The position numbers and the translations under genes are program-made. From a virus, in IMG/VR virus record IMGVR_UViG_3300031857_022279: a stretch of 64,000 bases of DNA. The stretch is one strand, 5' to 3'. Positions 19,532 through 29,071 of the stretch are shown piece after piece. The notes beneath the pieces are model-generated. The model worked only from the letters and a program-made list of their open reading frames with translations. It was not told the DNA's origin and did no database searches. The first letter of the stretch is position 1, and every line of letters begins with the position of its first letter.

Positions 19532-20336
19532 TATAATCAATCATCTTTTCTAATAATACATCAGCTCTATTTAGAAATTCATTTGTATTATCAAAGTCTA
19601 AATTTGCTTCATAATAGTCTTTACCTTTATTAATATAAAAAGATTCTATTAGATCTTCTGGTACAATTATACCTGAATATCTGCATTGATAAACTAGAGG
19701 CAAAACTGCATTTTTAACATCCCAAGATTTATCTCCCGTATCTGGTTGATTTCCGTCATAGTCATTTGCACCATCATCACCGTGAGCATAAAATCCGGCA
19801 AATTTTCCTTCTAAGTGATTTTTTAACAAAGATTTATACTCTCCACTGAGTTCGGCGTCCCCTGTAATTTCAGAATTTTTAATGTTACCTTCACCGAATA
19901 TTTCTAAAGCTTGTTCTTTTGTAATTGTTTGATTTGCACAAACTAACCTATCAAACATCGCCTTTACTTGAGTTGAAACAGAGTACCAGTGAATCGGAGT
20001 AATTACTATGAATCCATCACAGTTTTCTAACTTAGTATAGATATCAGCTTGATACATTAAGTCTGGCGTCTTTGACTCTTTTGAATAACACGAACATGTC
20101 CAGTGACAGTGCATTCCATTTGATGTTGAAATACAACCTTTGCAAGGTTGAATAGTTACTTTACCAACACTAAGATCAATTATTTCCAAGTTTGCAAAAG
20201 GTGACCATTTATCAATTAGATATTCAGCAACCTTTTGTGTTTTAGGGATCTGATTAGCACACCCTTTTTCACGTCTTGGAGATCCTTGAAAAACTAGGAT
20301 CTTTGGTTTATTGTCTGATATCTTTCTAATAATCAT
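19515..20336 (-). CDS. Flavodoxin-fold FMN reductase / iron-sulfur flavoprotein family protein
   Basis: FQGSPRR, IQPCKGC...CHWTCSC, TPIHWYSVSTQVKAMFDRL. Confidence 0.85.
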   Translation of the reverse strand: MIIRKISDNKPKILVFQGSPRREKGCANQIPKTQKVAEYLIDKWSPFANLEIIDLSVGKVTIQPCKGCISTSNGMHCHWTCSCYSKESKTPDLMYQADIYTKLENCDGFIVITPIHWYSVSTQVKAMFDRLVCANQTITKEQALEIFGEGNIKNSEITGDAELSGEYKSLLKNHLEGKFAGFYAHGDDGANDYDGNQPDTGDKSWDVKNAVLPLVYQCRYSGIIVPEDLIESFYINKGKDYYEANLDFDNTNEFLNRADVLLEKMIDYINNRP

Positions 20337-20519
20337 TAATTATATATTAAGAAATTACTATTTAAATAATTTAAATATTTTAGCGACTAGTCTATCAAGG
20401 GATTGACTAAATCTACAAAAAATTCGAGTTTTTTTAATCAATATATAAAATACAATCAAAATTTAAATAATTCAAACACATCAACAGAATTATTAAATAA
20501 AAAAAAATCAATTTCAAAA

Positions 20520-22790
20520 ATGAAAAAGTATATTCTATTTCTACTAACATTTTTATCATCACTTGGTGTTTATTCACAGGAAAGATTTGATCAAAATGTC
20601 TCTCAAAGAGTAATTGTTGTTCCTCAACCGGGTCAACAAAGAAACGCTGAAAAATTGTTCAAAGACAATAAAGCAAAAGTTATAAAAAAATGGGATGAAC
20701 TTGGTTGGTACCTTACTGAGCTACCTCCAGGACTTGCAAAAAAACAATTTGAAGATAAATGTCGGTCTGAAAATTCAATCATTAGTAGAATATATCAAGA
20801 CGAAGTTATGGAATATAATAGAGAATATATTCCTAACGACTCACTATTCAATGCATCTTGGCATCTAAGACAACTAAACGATAAAGATATAGATGCTGAT
20901 GAAGCTTGGGATTTAATTAATAATATAAACGGGTATGTTACAGTCGCGGTGTTTGATGGTGGATTTGAAACTACACACGAAGACTTAATAGGTTGTTTTA
21001 ATAATCCCTGGAATGCTGTTACAAATACTCCTGGAAATGCATTTGTAAATGATTTTGATAGGCACGGTGTTGCTTGTTGCGGTACAATAGCCGCTAAGGT
21101 AAATAATCAAAAGGGTGTTGCGGGTGTTGGTGGTAATAAAGTACAGGCACAACCAATTAATATAATGAGTAGTGTTTCAAGCACTGGTAGTTTTTCAACA
21201 ACATCCTCAATTCAGATTAATGCGATAAATGCTGCTATCGCAAATCCAACTTGTGTGGCAATATCCATGTCTTATGGTGGTACTAGTTTTAGCCAGGCAC
21301 TAAGTGACGCTTTTACTGCTGCTAGAACTACTGCAAGAGGTGGTAAGGGTATAATGATATTTGCGTCAACTGGAAATAATGGTTCTAATACGGCAGCTCA
21401 ATATCCCGCTCAATATCCAGCTGTATGGGGTGTTGGTTCAACAACCTCATCTGATTTACGATCATCCTTCTCAAACTATGGACCTATTGTTGATATATCA
21501 GCACCTGGGTCAGGTATTCAGTCTACTGATAGAAGTGGCGCGGTTGGGTACAATGCAACAAACTATGCATCAGTAAGTGGAACATCTTTTAGTTGTCCTA
21601 TCACTGCTGGTGTGGCTGCGATGCTTGCTTTTAAAAATCCAAATTTAACAGCTGTGGAATTATTCACAATTCTTTCTTCGACTTCTGAAAAAGTAGGTGG
21701 GTATGTTTACTCAAATGATCCAGCTTACCCTTATTCAACAAGATGTGTTGAGATTGGTTATGGTAGAATTAATGCTAAACTTGCTTTACAGGCAACTCCT
21801 AGTCCAGGTGGTGGAGGAACAACACAGCAACACAATTTAACAATTACGAATTTGTCTGTATCGCCAACATCAATAAATGTTGGCCAATCATTAAATATTA
21901 GTTGTGCTCAAAACACAAGTACATCAACTCTTACTCAAGTTAACAGTATTCTTCAATATAGATTTTCTACTGATAATGTTTGGGGAAATACTGACGATGT
22001 GATTATTGGTAGTGATACAACTACACTTGGTGGGGGTATTGCAACGGGTGGAGAGAATACAACTTATATTATTCCAAACTCAGTCGGTACAAGATATATA
22101 CTTGCTAAAGCTAACTTTAATGAAACTATTAGTGAGTCGAGTCTTACTGATAACGTTTCTAGTGTCTCTATTCAAGTATCTAATCCAATATCAACCAATA
22201 CAGACTTATCAATTCAGCTTGTGAGTCCAAATTCACCTTTTATGACTTCTTCAACGGCAACTGCCGTGTCGATGCAGTGGAAAGTAACGAATACCGGACA
22301 AACAACTATTACGAGCTTCAGATGGGGAAGAGGATGGGTTAATTGTCCAACTACACTAAGCTGTGAAAGTACAGTAAATTGGACTGGAACTTTATCACCT
22401 GGTCAAAGTGTATTTTTACCGAATGGTGCTAATAGTTATCTTTCAACATCTCTTTGTTTTAGTTCAACGAACTGTGCAGTTCCTGCAGGTGGTACTAACA
22501 CATATAGAGCTAGAATTATAAATGTGAATAATGTAACAGGTGATTCAAATTTATCAAATAATACCGCACTTTGTGTTATTAATAGACCATCAGTAGCAAC
22601 TTCAGTTGCAGAAATTGATGAATCGAACGTAGATCATTTAGATGTTTTTAACCTTCAAAATTTGTCGGAAAAACCAAAAAAGTTTAAAAAAGAGTCTCAG
22701 TTAAATTTACAACCTGGGTTTTATGCGATACATACATATCTAAAAGATGGTGGTGTGGAAATTAAAAAAATACTTGTAGTATCTGAATAA
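20520..22790 (+). CDS. Secreted subtilisin-like (S8) serine protease with CARDB/Ig-like domains and a T9SS-like C-terminal domain
   Basis: Preferred start 20520 with signal MKKYILFLLTFLSSLGVYS|Q; catalytic VAVFDGG (D), HGVACCG (H), STGN (oxyanion N), GTSFSCP (S); ends LNLQPGFYAIH...KKILVVSE. Confidence 0.92.
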   Translation: MKKYILFLLTFLSSLGVYSQERFDQNVSQRVIVVPQPGQQRNAEKLFKDNKAKVIKKWDELGWYLTELPPGLAKKQFEDKCRSENSIISRIYQDEVMEYNREYIPNDSLFNASWHLRQLNDKDIDADEAWDLINNINGYVTVAVFDGGFETTHEDLIGCFNNPWNAVTNTPGNAFVNDFDRHGVACCGTIAAKVNNQKGVAGVGGNKVQAQPINIMSSVSSTGSFSTTSSIQINAINAAIANPTCVAISMSYGGTSFSQALSDAFTAARTTARGGKGIMIFASTGNNGSNTAAQYPAQYPAVWGVGSTTSSDLRSSFSNYGPIVDISAPGSGIQSTDRSGAVGYNATNYASVSGTSFSCPITAGVAAMLAFKNPNLTAVELFTILSSTSEKVGGYVYSNDPAYPYSTRCVEIGYGRINAKLALQATPSPGGGGTTQQHNLTITNLSVSPTSINVGQSLNISCAQNTSTSTLTQVNSILQYRFSTDNVWGNTDDVIIGSDTTTLGGGIATGGENTTYIIPNSVGTRYILAKANFNETISESSLTDNVSSVSIQVSNPISTNTDLSIQLVSPNSPFMTSSTATAVSMQWKVTNTGQTTITSFRWGRGWVNCPTTLSCESTVNWTGTLSPGQSVFLPNGANSYLSTSLCFSSTNCAVPAGGTNTYRARIINVNNVTGDSNLSNNTALCVINRPSVATSVAEIDESNVDHLDVFNLQNLSEKPKKFKKESQLNLQPGFYAIHTYLKDGGVEIKKILVVSE

Positions 22791-22819
22791 GATACTAAGA
22801 TAAAACAAAAATAAATAAA

Positions 22820-23887
22820 ATGGCAAACACACAAAAAGCAATTGAACTCTTAGGAATCCCACAAGAGTGTGCGATCTATGAAGGTCAAATACAAACAAAA
22901 ACAAGCAGATCACTACGAGTTTACGAAGTTTCTGATTTTACCTCTGGTAAAAAGAAGGTATATTATGAGTATGAATTCGTGGAGAAAAATGAACTATTTG
23001 GGGCTTACCCATTCAACTTGATAAGTAATTATCTATATTCTTTCGGTCACACTCCTGAGAATTTTGAGGGTTCTACTTTTACGACAATTAGACCGGCTTC
23101 ATCTTTCACCGTCAACCTTGGTCCGATGATAGGAAAGACTTATCATAGTGGTTGGCAAAAGACGAAAATATCTCCAAATGATAAAGGTGGTTATTCGTTT
23201 GATATTTATACAGAACCATGGATGAATACAAACACCGATGGTACACCTGCTGATATGACAAATCCTTTTCCTCTACCTGGAACTTGTGCTAAGTATGCAA
23301 GATCAAAAACTAAAAGTTCAACAACAGGTGAGATAAAAATTTGGACATCTAGATATCCTGTAACTCAAACTTTGAGAAAAAGTGATATCTTAGGACTTAT
23401 CAATTTGTCAGAAGAAGAATACGCCTCTAAAGTTGGTTGGACATTTAACATTGTAACAGTATCAAACAAAACACACATCACCTCTATTGCTATGGATGTA
23501 GTTGATGTTGACTTAAATAAGAAAAAAGGGATCTTCTATATTAATGGTGAAGATACTCAATCTGTTTCGGCGTCTGGTTTGATAACCAGCTTTAATAAAA
23601 CTAATCCTGGTTACATCTTCCAGTGGAGACTTTATAATGGTGATGAACAAGGTGCCTATGGTTGTACTTTAGTTGCACCATTCACTCAAACTCAAGATAA
23701 TACAATTAATATTGCGGTTGGTAGTACAAACTCTTGGAATGCTACAACTAAGACAATTACTTATAACTTTGCAAGACCGGAAGTTGCTAAGATCTTGGCC
23801 TATGCTGAGTTTCTACCTGCTCAAGGTAAAAATGAGTGTATTGGTAGAATGTATAATCTTGAAACTGGTGAAGAATATAATTGGTAA
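22820..23887 (+). CDS. Hypothetical beta-rich protein
   Basis: 355 aa ORF 29 nt downstream of the protease gene; no recognised motif. Confidence 0.8.
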   Translation: MANTQKAIELLGIPQECAIYEGQIQTKTSRSLRVYEVSDFTSGKKKVYYEYEFVEKNELFGAYPFNLISNYLYSFGHTPENFEGSTFTTIRPASSFTVNLGPMIGKTYHSGWQKTKISPNDKGGYSFDIYTEPWMNTNTDGTPADMTNPFPLPGTCAKYARSKTKSSTTGEIKIWTSRYPVTQTLRKSDILGLINLSEEEYASKVGWTFNIVTVSNKTHITSIAMDVVDVDLNKKKGIFYINGEDTQSVSASGLITSFNKTNPGYIFQWRLYNGDEQGAYGCTLVAPFTQTQDNTINIAVGSTNSWNATTKTITYNFARPEVAKILAYAEFLPAQGKNECIGRMYNLETGEEYNW

Positions 23888-23905
23888 TATTAAATTAGAT
23901 TATTT

Positions 23906-23933
23906 AAAAATCCCACCAAATGTGGGATTTTTT
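23906..23933 (+). terminator. Intrinsic terminator
   Basis: AAAAATCCCAC-caaat-GTGGGATTTTTT. Confidence 0.9.
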
Positions 23934-23985
23934 CATTTTAAACTAATCAGTGAATTCAAGTATAAATAAAAAATAAAATATAATC

Positions 23986-24684
23986 ATGCCTAAAGCAATT
24001 GTGGTTAATAAAGAAAATGAATTAAACCGTGAAACACACTACTTGTTGATTGTAGACGCCTCATCATCTATGAGTCCACTGACTAAATCAACTATAAGTG
24101 GTGTTAACGAGCAAATAGATTCAATAAAACAACTTGAGAAAGAACATCCAAATCAATCATATTATATGTCTTTTATTCACTTTAATAATGTTGTTACGGT
24201 TGAATATACTGACAGACCTGCAGGTGCTCTAGAAAACATCTCAGAAAAGAATTATAATTGTAATGGAATGACTGCACTACTTGATGCCATCGGTGTTGGA
24301 GTCAGAGATTTGAATCAAAAGATATCTGATAAGGTTTCTTCTGGACTCGCTACTGCAGTAGTTGTAATAATTACCGATGGTGAAGAAAATAGCTCAATTG
24401 AGTTCGATGGTAAAAAGGTTAAGTCAATGATTGAAGAGTTGCAAGAAACTAAAAACTGGACATTTACTTTTGTCGGTGCTAACATCGATTCTATATCAAC
24501 TGCTAAAAATTATGGAATCAATGTTAATAACGTAATGCAGTTTAGTGCTGATGAAATTTCAAATCAAAAAGTATATAGATCGATGTCTAAGTCATTCAAA
24601 ACACGTGCGATGTCGATGGATGATGGTTCATATAAATCTGATGTATTTTTGTCAGACGATGATAAAGATGTTACATCTAAATAG
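23986..24684 (+). CDS. von Willebrand factor A domain protein
   Basis: MIDAS motif LIVDASSSMS, GMTALLDAIG, IITDGEENSS, WTFTFVGAN. Confidence 0.9.
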   Translation: MPKAIVVNKENELNRETHYLLIVDASSSMSPLTKSTISGVNEQIDSIKQLEKEHPNQSYYMSFIHFNNVVTVEYTDRPAGALENISEKNYNCNGMTALLDAIGVGVRDLNQKISDKVSSGLATAVVVIITDGEENSSIEFDGKKVKSMIEELQETKNWTFTFVGANIDSISTAKNYGINVNNVMQFSADEISNQKVYRSMSKSFKTRAMSMDDGSYKSDVFLSDDDKDVTSK

Positions 24685-24694
24685 TATCTTTTTA

Positions 24695-24735
24695 AAACAA
24701 AAAGTGAGTTACCTAAAGTGACTCACTTTTTGTTT
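24695..24735. terminator. Bidirectional intrinsic terminator
   Basis: AAACAAAAAGTGAGTTAC-ctaaa-GTGACTCACTTTTTGTTT. Confidence 0.9.
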
Positions 24736-24751
24736 AAATATATAACAGACT

Positions 24752-25057
24752 GTGATTAAATTAAAACAAGAAATACAAAAATTCAATCTTTTTATAGTTG
24801 ATTTTCTTAAAAGAATTAAAGCTGAAGGTGTAGAAACTTCAGAAGCTGCTCAAATTTTAGCAAGATATGCAAAAGGTGGTGAAGTTTCTAAAGAAGAAAT
24901 GGAAAAATTTAGAAGCCAAATGATTGATGTTATCAAAGTTATTGGAATTGGAATACCATTTACAATTATACCGGGTTCTAGTCTTTTACTTCCTCTAGTA
25001 GTTGCTATTGCTAAAAAGTATAAAATTGATATTCTGCCATCATCATTTAAAGATTAG
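24752..25057 (+). CDS. Small membrane protein, LETM1-motif-like
   Basis: D.IKVIGIGIPFTIIPGSSLLLPLVV...DILPSSF resembles the LETM1 TM-proximal motif; GTG start after AAATATATA. Confidence 0.55.
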   Translation: MIKLKQEIQKFNLFIVDFLKRIKAEGVETSEAAQILARYAKGGEVSKEEMEKFRSQMIDVIKVIGIGIPFTIIPGSSLLLPLVVAIAKKYKIDILPSSFKD

Positions 25058-25088
25058 AAAATAATATATAATTAAACCAATTAGTTTA

Positions 25089-26834
25089 ATGTTATTAAAA
25101 TTCAATGATTTTTCGGACTACAAATTATTTGAGAATTTAGTTTCTGAATCTATTGTTTACTTCTCTCCTAATTTTAGAAATAAACTAAAGTCAATTACTG
25201 ATGATATTTCTAAAGACCTTCTTAGTATTGAAATGAAAGATGTTAAGCCAGACATCACATTTATTGATTTGGATAAGAATGATTTTTTAACATTCACAAC
25301 TATGCAGAATGTTGAAAAGGAGTTCAAAGAAAAACATCCACACTTAGATATCTTCACACGTCCGTATGGAGGTATTGCTGATATACTTTACAATTTACAA
25401 AATGATAGAGAAATTGCTCAGGTTTATTCAAAGTCAAGAAATCAAATTAAAATTGGTAGACTTATAAATAAATTTTTTCCGAATAAATATTCATCTAAAG
25501 AAGTTGAGCAGTTTGTAAATAAGTTTAAATCTACCGAAGTAAAGGCAGGTGAAAACTTTAAATTAGTAGAAGGTGATGAAATTGATTTTTGGTATGATTC
25601 AAATAATTACGCAGAACTCTCAGGATCTTTAGGAAACTCTTGTATGAGAAATATTAAAGGTGTATTTGAGATGTATACTAAAAATCCAGATGTTTGTAAA
25701 ATGCTTATTCTCGTAGAAAACCATAAATTACTAGGCAGAGCTCTTGTGTGGAAAATTGTAGAGTCAGATGGCATTAATTTTACTTGGTTTATGGATCGAC
25801 AATATACAATAAAAGACTCTGATGTTTTAAAATTTAGAAAGTATGCAATTGAAAACAACTGGGCATTTAAAACTAAAAACACTCACACATTATTGAAGGG
25901 TGTAACATACAAAGACGAGGAACTTCAACTTGACATGAAAGTTCAATTAGATAAAAATATAGAATATGACAAATATCCATATTTAGATACTTTTAGAAGA
26001 TTTGATCCAGAAAATAAAGTACTTTATAATAATACAGATAGTAAAGCTATTGGTGATTATATTTTAGATCAAACTGATGGGGATTTCATAGTTATAGAAG
26101 ATGGTGAATGGTCAGAGTATTACCAAGAAAGAATACCATCAAACCTTGCTATATGGTCTGAACCTTTACAGGATTGGCTTAATATTAATTCAAGTATAAC
26201 TGTTAGTAGTGGTCAAAGAAGAAATCAAGGAGTTTACCCTGAAGATTTTGATGATATAGTTTGGTGTGATAATGTGAGTGAATATTACTACGTAGATGAC
26301 GTAGTTTATTCTGAAGAGTATCAAACTTATATACCTGAAAATGAAAGTATAAGTGTCATAAATGAGATTGAATCTGATTGCACAGTCAACGCAGATGCTT
26401 ACTATGTTGATAAAGACGATGATATTTGGATCGGACTCTCAAAATTCTCTAAAGATCTCTGGTATGTTGAATGTTGTGAACATGATGAAGATTGGAAAAC
26501 TGGTTGGACACACTTAGGCATTCTTAAAGAATTAATGGTCAGAAACTATCAAAATAAACTTATTCCAAAAAAGTTTTCAACTGTAGCTTACCAAAACCTA
26601 TCAGGACCAGAAGGTGTAGAGTTTCTTACTGAATTAGATGCTTTTATTTTAGATAAACAAATTGATAAGTCTAAAGAATTTAAAGTTGATAAGTTTGAAT
26701 ATAATAAACTACTACTTAATATTGAAGATGAGTTGAGAAAAAAGAGTTCTGAAAAGATTCAGCAAGGAATTGATTCAGAAAAAATATCAAACAGAATGAC
26801 TGATTCAAAAATTTGGAACTATTTCAAAGATTAA
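25089..26834 (+). CDS. Large hypothetical protein with an NSCMR...GRALVW...MDRQY domain and an acidic Cys/Tyr-rich repeat region
   Basis: 581 aa; starts MLLKFNDF; motifs read directly from the translation. Confidence 0.85.
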   Translation: MLLKFNDFSDYKLFENLVSESIVYFSPNFRNKLKSITDDISKDLLSIEMKDVKPDITFIDLDKNDFLTFTTMQNVEKEFKEKHPHLDIFTRPYGGIADILYNLQNDREIAQVYSKSRNQIKIGRLINKFFPNKYSSKEVEQFVNKFKSTEVKAGENFKLVEGDEIDFWYDSNNYAELSGSLGNSCMRNIKGVFEMYTKNPDVCKMLILVENHKLLGRALVWKIVESDGINFTWFMDRQYTIKDSDVLKFRKYAIENNWAFKTKNTHTLLKGVTYKDEELQLDMKVQLDKNIEYDKYPYLDTFRRFDPENKVLYNNTDSKAIGDYILDQTDGDFIVIEDGEWSEYYQERIPSNLAIWSEPLQDWLNINSSITVSSGQRRNQGVYPEDFDDIVWCDNVSEYYYVDDVVYSEEYQTYIPENESISVINEIESDCTVNADAYYVDKDDDIWIGLSKFSKDLWYVECCEHDEDWKTGWTHLGILKELMVRNYQNKLIPKKFSTVAYQNLSGPEGVEFLTELDAFILDKQIDKSKEFKVDKFEYNKLLLNIEDELRKKSSEKIQQGIDSEKISNRMTDSKIWNYFKD

Positions 26835-27612
26835 TTGATCCTAGTGAGGCCAGAAACATCTCACTTTCTTTTTCTCTTCTTTTTACTAATCCTGGAAACT
26901 TCTTACTTATTCTAAATTCTTTTATACTGTCTCCAGCAGCTCTATATTCTGACTTTTTCAGATTATCAGCAACTTTTGAATTTCTTAGTCCACTAACACC
27001 TGAGTTGAACGCGAGTGATACGAGTGAATCAAACATACTTTGTGTAACTGGAACGACAACCCCTTGTGACTCCCAGTCTCTAAACATTCTTCTCACACCA
27101 TCTGCTGCAACTTTTAAGTCTTGTTTTAGCAAACTTTCAGCTTCTTCTTTAGAAATTTCTTGGCCTAACTTATATTTTGAATCACCTACTCTTTCAGCAT
27201 GTCCGTATCCAACAGTTATCATACCATCACCAATTTGATATGCTTTAAGTTTTAATTTCTCTTCATTTTTAATGTGATTCCATCCTTCATCTGATAAAGT
27301 TAACTCTTTTGCATTTTTGAATTGACTTTCTTGAACTACCTCAACTGCAACCTGTTTTGTCTCATCATCAGTTTTTGAGTTATTAATAATTTGAACAACA
27401 TTAGTAATTGTATTAAAAGCTAATAGTGAACCTATAGCATATTTAATTATCCTTCTTTTAGATGACTTAGAGAGTCCTTTTATTTTCTCAAGTACATTGT
27501 TCCAAATAGATTTTATATCTACTGATTCATTTATAGAGTAGTCGATATACTCTATTATTTGTTTTACTTTTAGTTCTTCGTTATATCTTTCGAAGCTTGA
27601 TAAATGATGCAT
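26824..27612 (-). CDS. GH24 lysozyme with an N-terminal extension and a TM segment
   Basis: IKNEEKLKLKAY..GDGMITVGYGH, TQSMFDSLVSLAFNSG and GLVKRREKE motifs; TM IIKYAIGSLLAFNTITNVVQII. Confidence 0.9.
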   Translation of the reverse strand: MHHLSSFERYNEELKVKQIIEYIDYSINESVDIKSIWNNVLEKIKGLSKSSKRRIIKYAIGSLLAFNTITNVVQIINNSKTDDETKQVAVEVVQESQFKNAKELTLSDEGWNHIKNEEKLKLKAYQIGDGMITVGYGHAERVGDSKYKLGQEISKEEAESLLKQDLKVAADGVRRMFRDWESQGVVVPVTQSMFDSLVSLAFNSGVSGLRNSKVADNLKKSEYRAAGDSIKEFRISKKFPGLVKRREKESEMFLASLGSINL

Positions 27613-27656
27613 ATAGTTATATATAAAAAGATAAATTTTATTTTAATATATAACTT

Positions 27657-27845
27657 ATGAAGAAAATTAAAACATACAAAGAGTTTAAAGAACCAACAGT
27701 CTCTTGGGAAGAATTAGCAAAAGATTTTCGTGAAGATAAAAGACACGATAAAAATTCTGTAGCTGCTGATACTTTTAATGCAAGTCAAATTGAAGAAGTT
27801 CAACCTGCTAATATGGTTATTAAAGACGAAAAGAAGAAAGACTAA
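27657..27845 (+). CDS. Small protein with a T4 internal-protein-like N-terminus
   Basis: MKKIKTYKEF; TAATATATA at 27644-27652. Confidence 0.7.
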   Translation: MKKIKTYKEFKEPTVSWEELAKDFREDKRHDKNSVAADTFNASQIEEVQPANMVIKDEKKKD

Positions 27846-28036
27846 TTTTCTTTTCTTAAAGATCCAATACACACAGTATTTTCTTTTGGTTCGTTCCAAA
27901 CGTTTCCGATCATATGACAAGTGTGTGTTCTATTTTTTATAGAACCAGAATTGAACATTTTGTCGACATAATTTGGAAAATTATTATTATGTTGAGACTT
28001 TACTTTATATGGGCACTCTTTACAAGACTTTCTCAT
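27842..28036 (-). CDS. Small Cys/His-rich putative zinc-binding protein
   Basis: CKECP...HTCH...CIG. Confidence 0.65.
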   Translation of the reverse strand: MRKSCKECPYKVKSQHNNNFPNYVDKMFNSGSIKNRTHTCHMIGNVWNEPKENTVCIGSLRKEN

Positions 28037-28308
28037 TCTAATACTATTTTAATTCGTTCATCTCGCTCATCTTCCGCGGTCACAATTTTGTAAATTGAAT
28101 TTAAAGTTCTAAATTCTCTATCGCTAATTATTTCTGTAACTTGTGTTGTTCTTAGTTCGGTAGTCCAATCATTCCAAAGTTGAAATGATTTACCAATTTC
28201 TGGCCAAGTATTAAAGCTTCCGTGAAATATATCTCCTGACTTTATATACATATTTTTTTCTTCTTTATCAGGAAGAGTCTGTATTTTAATAACTTTAGCT
28301 TTTATCAT
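28033..28308 (-). CDS. Small hypothetical protein with the C-terminal RDxxI motif
   Basis: Preferred start 28308 (MIKAKVIKIQ); ends ERDERIKIVLE. Confidence 0.65.
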   Translation of the reverse strand: MIKAKVIKIQTLPDKEEKNMYIKSGDIFHGSFNTWPEIGKSFQLWNDWTTELRTTQVTEIISDREFRTLNSIYKIVTAEDERDERIKIVLE

Positions 28309-28319
28309 TTTGAAAGTTG

Positions 28320-28327
28320 TATATATA
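28320..28327. promoter_or_regulatory. Palindromic TATATATA motif shared by two divergent genes
   Basis: 5 nt before ATG 28333 (+) and 11 nt before ATG 28308 (-). Confidence 0.5.
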
Positions 28328-28332
28328 CTTAT

Positions 28333-28626
28333 ATGAAAAGTAGTGAACCGAAACAAAAAAAAGAGCCTGGTTTCTTTGATGAAGTCATTATGACTTTTTC
28401 AAATAATAAATCAATGCTTAGTTCTAAAAAGATTGAAAGATTCATTGTTTTCAACTGTTTTTTAGTTTTGACATTTTATTATGTCTTTATAAATATAGAC
28501 GAAATAGACGCTAGATCATTTATCGAGATTATTGGAGTTTGGTTATTTTATGGTGGTTACAATTCATTTATGAGTTTGAGAGATAAAAAACTTTCAAATC
28601 AAAATGGTGACGAGCCAACTCAATAA
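28333..28626 (+). CDS. Small membrane protein (2 TM segments)
   Basis: FIVFNCFLVLTFYYVFI and FIEIIGVWLFYGGY. Confidence 0.65.
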   Translation: MKSSEPKQKKEPGFFDEVIMTFSNNKSMLSSKKIERFIVFNCFLVLTFYYVFINIDEIDARSFIEIIGVWLFYGGYNSFMSLRDKKLSNQNGDEPTQ

Positions 28627-29010
28627 TTATTTGTCAGGTATTACTCGATATAAAAAAGCGTAGTCACTATATTCAATCATGTGGAAAACTGAGGCTTCGT
28701 CATAACCGATATAGTAGAAACATTGCTTACCATTTTGATCAACTGCAAACCATTTAGAAGCAGTTTCGATTTCTGTTGCCAGTGAGATAATTCTAAATTC
28801 TTGAATTTCACTTGAATAAATAGTAACTCTTTCTGGTTTGGTGATGATTAAAATGTCAACATCAGTAGCTTGACTTGACCAAGTAATTGGTGAGTTGTTA
28901 TCACTTTTAAATCCAAGAAAAAGGTTGTATGCTTTTGCAAAAGTTGCTTCTTGAGAGAAAGAGACAAGTGAGATAATTGAAAAGAATAGTGTGATTATTA
29001 GTTTTTTCAT
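28627..29010 (-). CDS. Secreted hypothetical protein (SPI signal peptide)
   Basis: MKKLIITLFFSIISLVSFS|QEA; minus-strand TATATTTG at 29025-29032. Confidence 0.75.
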   Translation of the reverse strand: MKKLIITLFFSIISLVSFSQEATFAKAYNLFLGFKSDNNSPITWSSQATDVDILIITKPERVTIYSSEIQEFRIISLATEIETASKWFAVDQNGKQCFYYIGYDEASVFHMIEYSDYAFLYRVIPDK

Positions 29011-29071
29011 ATTGTATATTTTGTCAAATATAAAGAAGATGATTCAAATAAAAAAATTAATATATAATTTT

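Noticed and set aside
20403-20519. Long N-terminal extensions given by the ORF track (also 8244, 8936, 28991, 6552, 6127, 2854, 28356)
   Set aside because: Downstream ATGs give proper signal peptides or sit at the conserved motif spacing or stop-start overlaps, so the extensions are probably not translated.
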